NCBI RefSeq assembly: GCF_009914755.1
Contig: NC_060928.1
Reading direction: 5' to 3' (one strand)
DNA length: 64,000 bases
Source: the human T2T-CHM13v2.0 reference genome, Homo sapiens
The translations under genes were made by a program, and so were the position numbers. Under the pieces are notes generated by a model. The model searched no databases. It saw only the letters and a program-made list of their open reading frames with translations, and was not told the origin of the DNA. Of this stretch, positions 58,546 through 64,000 are shown piece by piece. Numbering within the stretch: position 1 is the first letter of the stretch; every line of letters begins with the position of its first letter.

Positions 58546-60610
58546 TTTTTTTTTTTTTTTAATTTATTTTTTATTGATCATTCTTGGGTGTTTCTCACAG
58601 AGGGGGATTTGGCAGGGTCATAGGACAATAGTGGAGGGAAGGTCAGCAGATAAACAAGTGAACAAAGGTCTCTGGTTTTCCTAGGCAGAGGACCCTGCGG
58701 CCTTCCGCAGTGTTTGTGTCCCTGGGTACTTGAGATTAGGGAGTGGTGACGACTCTTAACAAGCATGCTGCCTTCAAGCGTCTGTTTAACAAAGCACATC
58801 TTGCACCGCCCTTAATCCATTTAACCCTGAGTGGACACAGCACATGTTTCAGAGAGCACAGGGTTGGGGGTAAGGTCACAGATCAACAGGATCCCAAGGC
58901 AGAAGAATTTTTCTTAGTACAGAACAAAATGAAAAGTCTCCCATGTCTACTTCTTTCTACACAGACACGGCAACCATCCGATTTCTCAATCTTTTCCCCA
59001 CCTTTCCCCCCTTTCTATTCCACAAAGCTGCGATTGTCATCCTGGCCCGTTCTCAATGAGCTGTTGGGCACACCTCCCAGACAGGGTGGTGGCCGGGCAG
59101 AGGGGCTCCTCACTTCCCAGTAGGGGCGGCCGGGCAGAGGTGCCCCTCACCTCCCAGACGGGGCGGCTGGCCGGGCGGGGGGCTGACTCCCCCACCTCCC
59201 TCCCGGACGGGGCGGCTGGCCGGGCGGGGGGCTGACCCCCCCACCTCCCTCCCGGACGGGGCGGCTGGCCGGGCGGGGGGCTGACCCCCCCACCTCCCTC
59301 CCGGACGGGGCGGCTGGCCGGGCGGGGGGCTGACCCCCCCACCTCCCTCCCGGACGGGGCGGCTGGCCGGGCGGGGGGCTGACCCCCCCACCTCCCTCCC
59401 GGACGGGGTGGCTGGCCGGGCGGGGGGCTGACCCCCCCACCTCCCTCCCGGACGGGGCGGCTGGCCGGGCGGGGGGCTGACCCCCCCACCTCCCTCCCGG
59501 ACGGGGCGGCTGGCCGGGCAGAGGGGCTCCTCACTTCCCAGTAGGGGCGGCCGGGCAGAGGCGCCCCTCACCTCCCGGATGGGGCAGCTGGCCGGGCGGG
59601 GGGCTGACTCCCCCACCTCCCTCCCAGACCGGGCGGCTGGCCGGGCGGGGGGCTGACCCCCCACCTCCCTCCTGGACGGGGCGGCTGGCCGGGTGGGGGG
59701 CTGACCCCCCCACCTCCCTCCTGGACGGGGTGGCTGCCGGGCGGAGAGGCTCCTCACTTCTCAGACGGGGCGGCTGCTGGGCAGAGGGGCTCCTCACTTC
59801 TCAGACGGGGCGGTTGCCAGGCAGAGGATCTCCTCACTTCTCAGACGGGGTGGCTGGGCAGAGACGCTCCTCACCTCCCAGACGGGGTCGCGGCCGGGCA
59901 GAGGCGCTCCTCACATCCCAGACAGGGCGGCGGGGCGGAGGCGCTCCCCACATCTCAGACGATGGGCGGCCGGGCAGAGACGCTCTTCACTTCCTAGATG
60001 GGATGGCGGCCGGGAAGAGGTGCTCCTCACTTCCTAGATGGGATGGCGGCCGGACGGAGACGCTCCTCACTTCCCAGACTGGGCAGCCAGGCAGAGGGGC
60101 TCCTCACATCCCAGACGATGGGCGGCCAGGCAGAGACGCTCCTCACTTCCCAGACGGGGTGGCGGCTGGGCAGAGGATGCAATCTCGGCACTTTGGGAGG
60201 CCAAGGCAGGCGGCTGGGAGGTGGAGGTTGTAGCGAGCCGAGATCATGCCACTGCACTCCAGCCGGGGCACCATTGAGCACTGAGTGAACGAGACTCCGT
60301 CTGCAATCCCGGCACCTTGGGAGGCCGAGGCTGGCGGATCACTCGCGGTTAGGAGCTGAAGACCGGCCAGGCCAACACAGCGAAACCCCGTCTCCACCAA
60401 AAAAAATACGAAAACCAGTCAGGCGTGGCAGCGCGTGCCTGCAATCGCAGGCACTCGGCAGGCTGAGGCAGGAGAATCAGGCAGGGAGGTTGCAGTGAGC
60501 CGAGATGGCAGCAGTACAGTCCAGCTTCGGCTGGGCATGAGAGGGAGACCGTGGAAACAGAGGGAGAGGGAGACCGTGGGGAAACGGGAGACGGAGAGGG
60601 AGAGGGAGAG
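58546..60610 (-). mobile_element. Full-length SVA (SVA_D-like)
   Basis: Poly(T), SINE-R (~58575-59060), GC-rich VNTR (~59070-60180), Alu-like domain (~60180-60540) and (CCCTCT)n-like hexamer (~60540-60610). Confidence 0.97.
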
Positions 60611-61624
60611 CTGGATTTCAAAGCTTCCCAAATTCTCTTTCAATTATGATCTGGGCCCTTGATTTTTCTTATTGCTGGTGAGGCCTGGTTACAAAGGATT
60701 TGTCCGAGAACATCAAGCTGAGACTTCTTATTGAGTTCGTTTCCTTTTAAAATACATATATGCAGTTGTTCTTTCCATAGTCAAATGGTTAATTTTATTT
60801 TCTCTAAATTGGTAACAAAGAAATAATTGTGAAAATATATCCATAGACCAATATATATTCAGCTGTTCTGAATACAGTAAATTAGCTATTCTCTATCAGC
60901 CAAATGTTGTCAGAATAAATAGGCTAGGCATTAATCATTTATGAAGGATGCTTAAATTTTGACTTTTGGATGAAAAAGTGTTGAATGTCCTTGACATTTA
61001 ATATATTTTTAAAAACCTTTCACTTCATCTGGGGAAAAAAGGTGAAAGTAGAGAAGGTCTTCTCAACAATGGATATTTAATTAAGCTCTGTCGTCCAAGA
61101 ACAGAATTGAATATCGTGGGTTACAGTGTTAACCTTCAACAGGTTAAGTTGAAGCCTTACTTAATCAAGTGTTGAGCTTTGCTTAGGTTTGAATATCAAA
61201 TCAGGTGAAACTTGTTTTGCATAGTTTCCATTTAAAGCCCCATCCCACCCCTCCCAGCTTTGTTTGATCCTCCTCTTCAGCCTCCTTTGGCTGTGTGTCT
61301 TATGCGATTGAAAACATCTTGGGAGTTATGAAGACCACCGAAACGACAGGAAATAACTTTGCAACCTTTACTCTTTTTTCTGAATCTAAATTTTTTTCAG
61401 CTCCAAAGTATGTGGTTTTAGAGTATCTGAGGCCTTTATACTTCAGTAGTGTTGAGGGAAGTCTGTCTAGAAGGTCCTTGGAGGTAGCTCTGCTTTTTGA
61501 ATGTTTTTTGCTGGATCCTGTGAGTGATCTTGAGGATTCAGAATCTTGGTTTTGTAAGTTCCCTTGGGTAGTCTGGCCCTAGAGAAAACTAGGCTGTGCT
61601 GGCCAAACGTATACCTTTTATTAA

Positions 61625-61952
<328 letters not shown>

Positions 61953-62160
61953 TGAAGTGTTGTATGTTGTACGCAAGATAGTGCTTTCCTAATATTGAGG
62001 TATCTTGGAGATGCAAATCAATCAGAAAACTGTTTGTTGGACCAGGATTTAAGGGATGTATTATCTAGGCTGTGATGAACAACCCATTTCCACTGTTGGA
62101 AATATAGGTTTTTAATGATTAAATGGCAATGGCACTTTATTGTGATTCAAGAGATCTTGC

Positions 62161-62253
62161 TTCTAGTTTTAGTTCTGCCACTACCTGTACTACCTGTTTT
62201 AGTTCTGCCACTACCTGTGCTTCTAGTTTTAGTTCTGCCACTACCTGTACTTC
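62161..62253 (+). repeat. 30-bp tandem repeat, 3 copies, in a MIR-like context
   Basis: Unit TTCTAGTTTTAGTTCTGCCACTACCTGTAC; the middle copy is a variant. Confidence 0.9.
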
Positions 62254-62769
62254 GTTTCTTTTTGGGCCATGTAGCCCTCATCTGAAAAATGATTCCCCAA
62301 CAGATAGAAGTAGGTAACCTAGAGTCTATGAGCCTAGGATGGAGATTTTCCTTCTCTTACTAGTCCTTAATGCCTGTAAAAATCCCATTTCTCATTCAGA
62401 TGCCATGAGTATGCTAACTTTCCACTTTCTGCTTTTCTATTTTATTACAGTAAAATGGTAGACCATAGGTTAAAAGCCATTTTAAGGATCAGTCCAACAC
62501 AGTCACCCATCTGATGCTCTGAGGAGCCCACACTGACCCAAATGGGGTTAGCTCTTTGGGAATGAAACATTGCTTTAGGTAATTGGATATTCCTGGGTTT
62601 CTGTCAGCTGGTGGTAGGAATAGGCCTGACAGGGAACTGAGAAAAACCCTGGTTCCTAAACTTAGCTTTGAGAACAAGATTTAGTTAGGTTGGGCTAGAA
62701 TTGAGAGGCCTCCAGCTCTCTATGGGGCGACTTGAGTTTTTGACACGTATTTTTATTATATATATATAT

Positions 62770-63060
62770 TTTTTTCCTTCTGAGACTAAGTCTCGTCCTG
62801 TCACCAGGCAGGAGTACAGTGGCGTAATCTCAGCTCACTGCAACCTCTGCCTCCTGGGTTCAAGCGATTGTCCTGCCATAGCCTCCCGAATGGCTAGGAC
62901 TACAAGTGCCCACCACCAAGCCCAGCTAATTTTTGTATTTTTAGAGGAGACAGGATTTCACCATATTGGTCAGGATGATCTTGATCTCTTGACCTTGTGA
63001 TCCATCTGTCTTGGCTTCCCAAAGTGTTGGGATTACAGGCGTGAGCTACCGCACCCGGCC
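62770..63060 (-). mobile_element. AluS (Sc-like)
   Basis: Antisense dimer. Confidence 0.9.
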
Positions 63061-63064
63061 TATT

Positions 63065-64000
63065 GTATCTTTTTTTAAAAAAAGTATTCTCTCAATTTTT
63101 GTGGGTAAATAGTAGGTGTATATATTTATGGGGTACATGAGATATTTTGATACAGGCATGCAGTGTGTAATAATCACATCAGAGTAAATGGGGTATCCAT
63201 CCCCTCAAGCATTGATTCTTTGTGTTATAAACAACCCAGTTATACTCTTTTAAATTATTATTTACTATAGTCACCCTGTTGTGCTATCAAATACTAGGTC
63301 TTATTCTTTCTAACTTTTTGGGGGGGTACCTGTTAACCATTCACACTCCCTTCCCTACCCCTGTTACCCCTCCCAGCCTCTGGTAACCATCCTTCTACTT
63401 TCTCTCTCCATGAGTTCAATTGTTTTAAGTTTTAGCTCCCACGAATATGATAACATGCAAAGTTTGTCTGTCTGTGCCTGGCTTATTTCACTTAACATAA
63501 TCTCCATTTCTATTCATGTTGCAAATGACGAGATCTCATTCTTTTTTTAATGGCTGAATAGTGTTCTGCTGCGTATATATACCACACTTTCTTTATTCAT
63601 CTGTTGATGGACACTTAGGTAGCTTCCAAATCTTGGCTATTGTGAACAGTGCTGCAGTAAACATGGGAGTGCAGATATCTCTTTGATATTCTTATTTCCT
63701 TTCTTTTGGGTATAGACCCAGCAGTGGGGTTGCTGGATCATATGCTAGCTTTATTTTTAGTTTTCTGAGGAACCTCCAAACTGTTCTCCTTAGTGGTTGT
63801 ATTAATTTACATTCCTGCCAACAATGTATAAGGGCTCCCTCTCTCCACATCTTCGCCAACGTTTGTTATTGCCTTTTGAATATAAGCCATTTTAACTAGG
63901 CTGAGATGATATCTCATTGTAGTTTTGATTTGCATTTCTCTGATGATTGATGTTGATGGACATTTGCCATTTGTATGTATTTTTTGAGAAATGTCTATTC
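63065..64000 (-). mobile_element. L1MA-like 3' end, running off the window
   Basis: GGGGTACATGAGATATTTTGATACAGGCATGCA... L1MA 3' UTR followed by the ORF2 end. Confidence 0.85.

Noticed and set aside
59037-60288. Repetitive ORFs and CRISPR-like periodicity
   Set aside because: This is the SVA VNTR: tandem units without unique spacers, in eukaryotic DNA with no cas genes.
58520-60660. SVA with a target-site deletion (no adjacent TSD)
   Set aside because: The TSD is found 1.9 kb further left, beyond a second poly(A) tail.

Overview
Primate (most likely human) genomic DNA matching the SEC24B-MCUB region (human 4q25, recognised from memory). The + strand carries the last two coding exons and 3' UTR of SEC24B (626-~2590). 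It then carries the CpG-island promoter and coding exon 1 of MCUB/CCDC109B (22488-22586), and the rest of the window is MCUB intron 1. The intergenic part holds a processed SET copy (-) whose reading frame is still open and a disrupted processed CDC42 copy (+) whose 3' UTR hosts an Alu and a solo LTR12 facing MCUB. Intron 1 holds many Alus, a full-length antisense L1PA interrupted by a sense L1, and an antisense SVA. The main observations are: (1) a 12-bp TSD shows the SVA is the head of a ~4 kb insertion with a ~1.9 kb 3' transduction; (2) a ~220-nt Alu-derived palindrome shares an unusual variant with an Alu 3 kb upstream; (3) the L1-in-L1 insertion creates two kb-scale inverted pairings; (4) the SET frame has a CTG in strong context in place of its ATG; (5) an in-frame M-R-R-stop uORF precedes MCUB; (6) an open, extended L1 ORF0 lies sense to MCUB. 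I see no evidence for a wholly new multi-gene system. Repeat subfamily calls and many boundaries are by eye and approximate.
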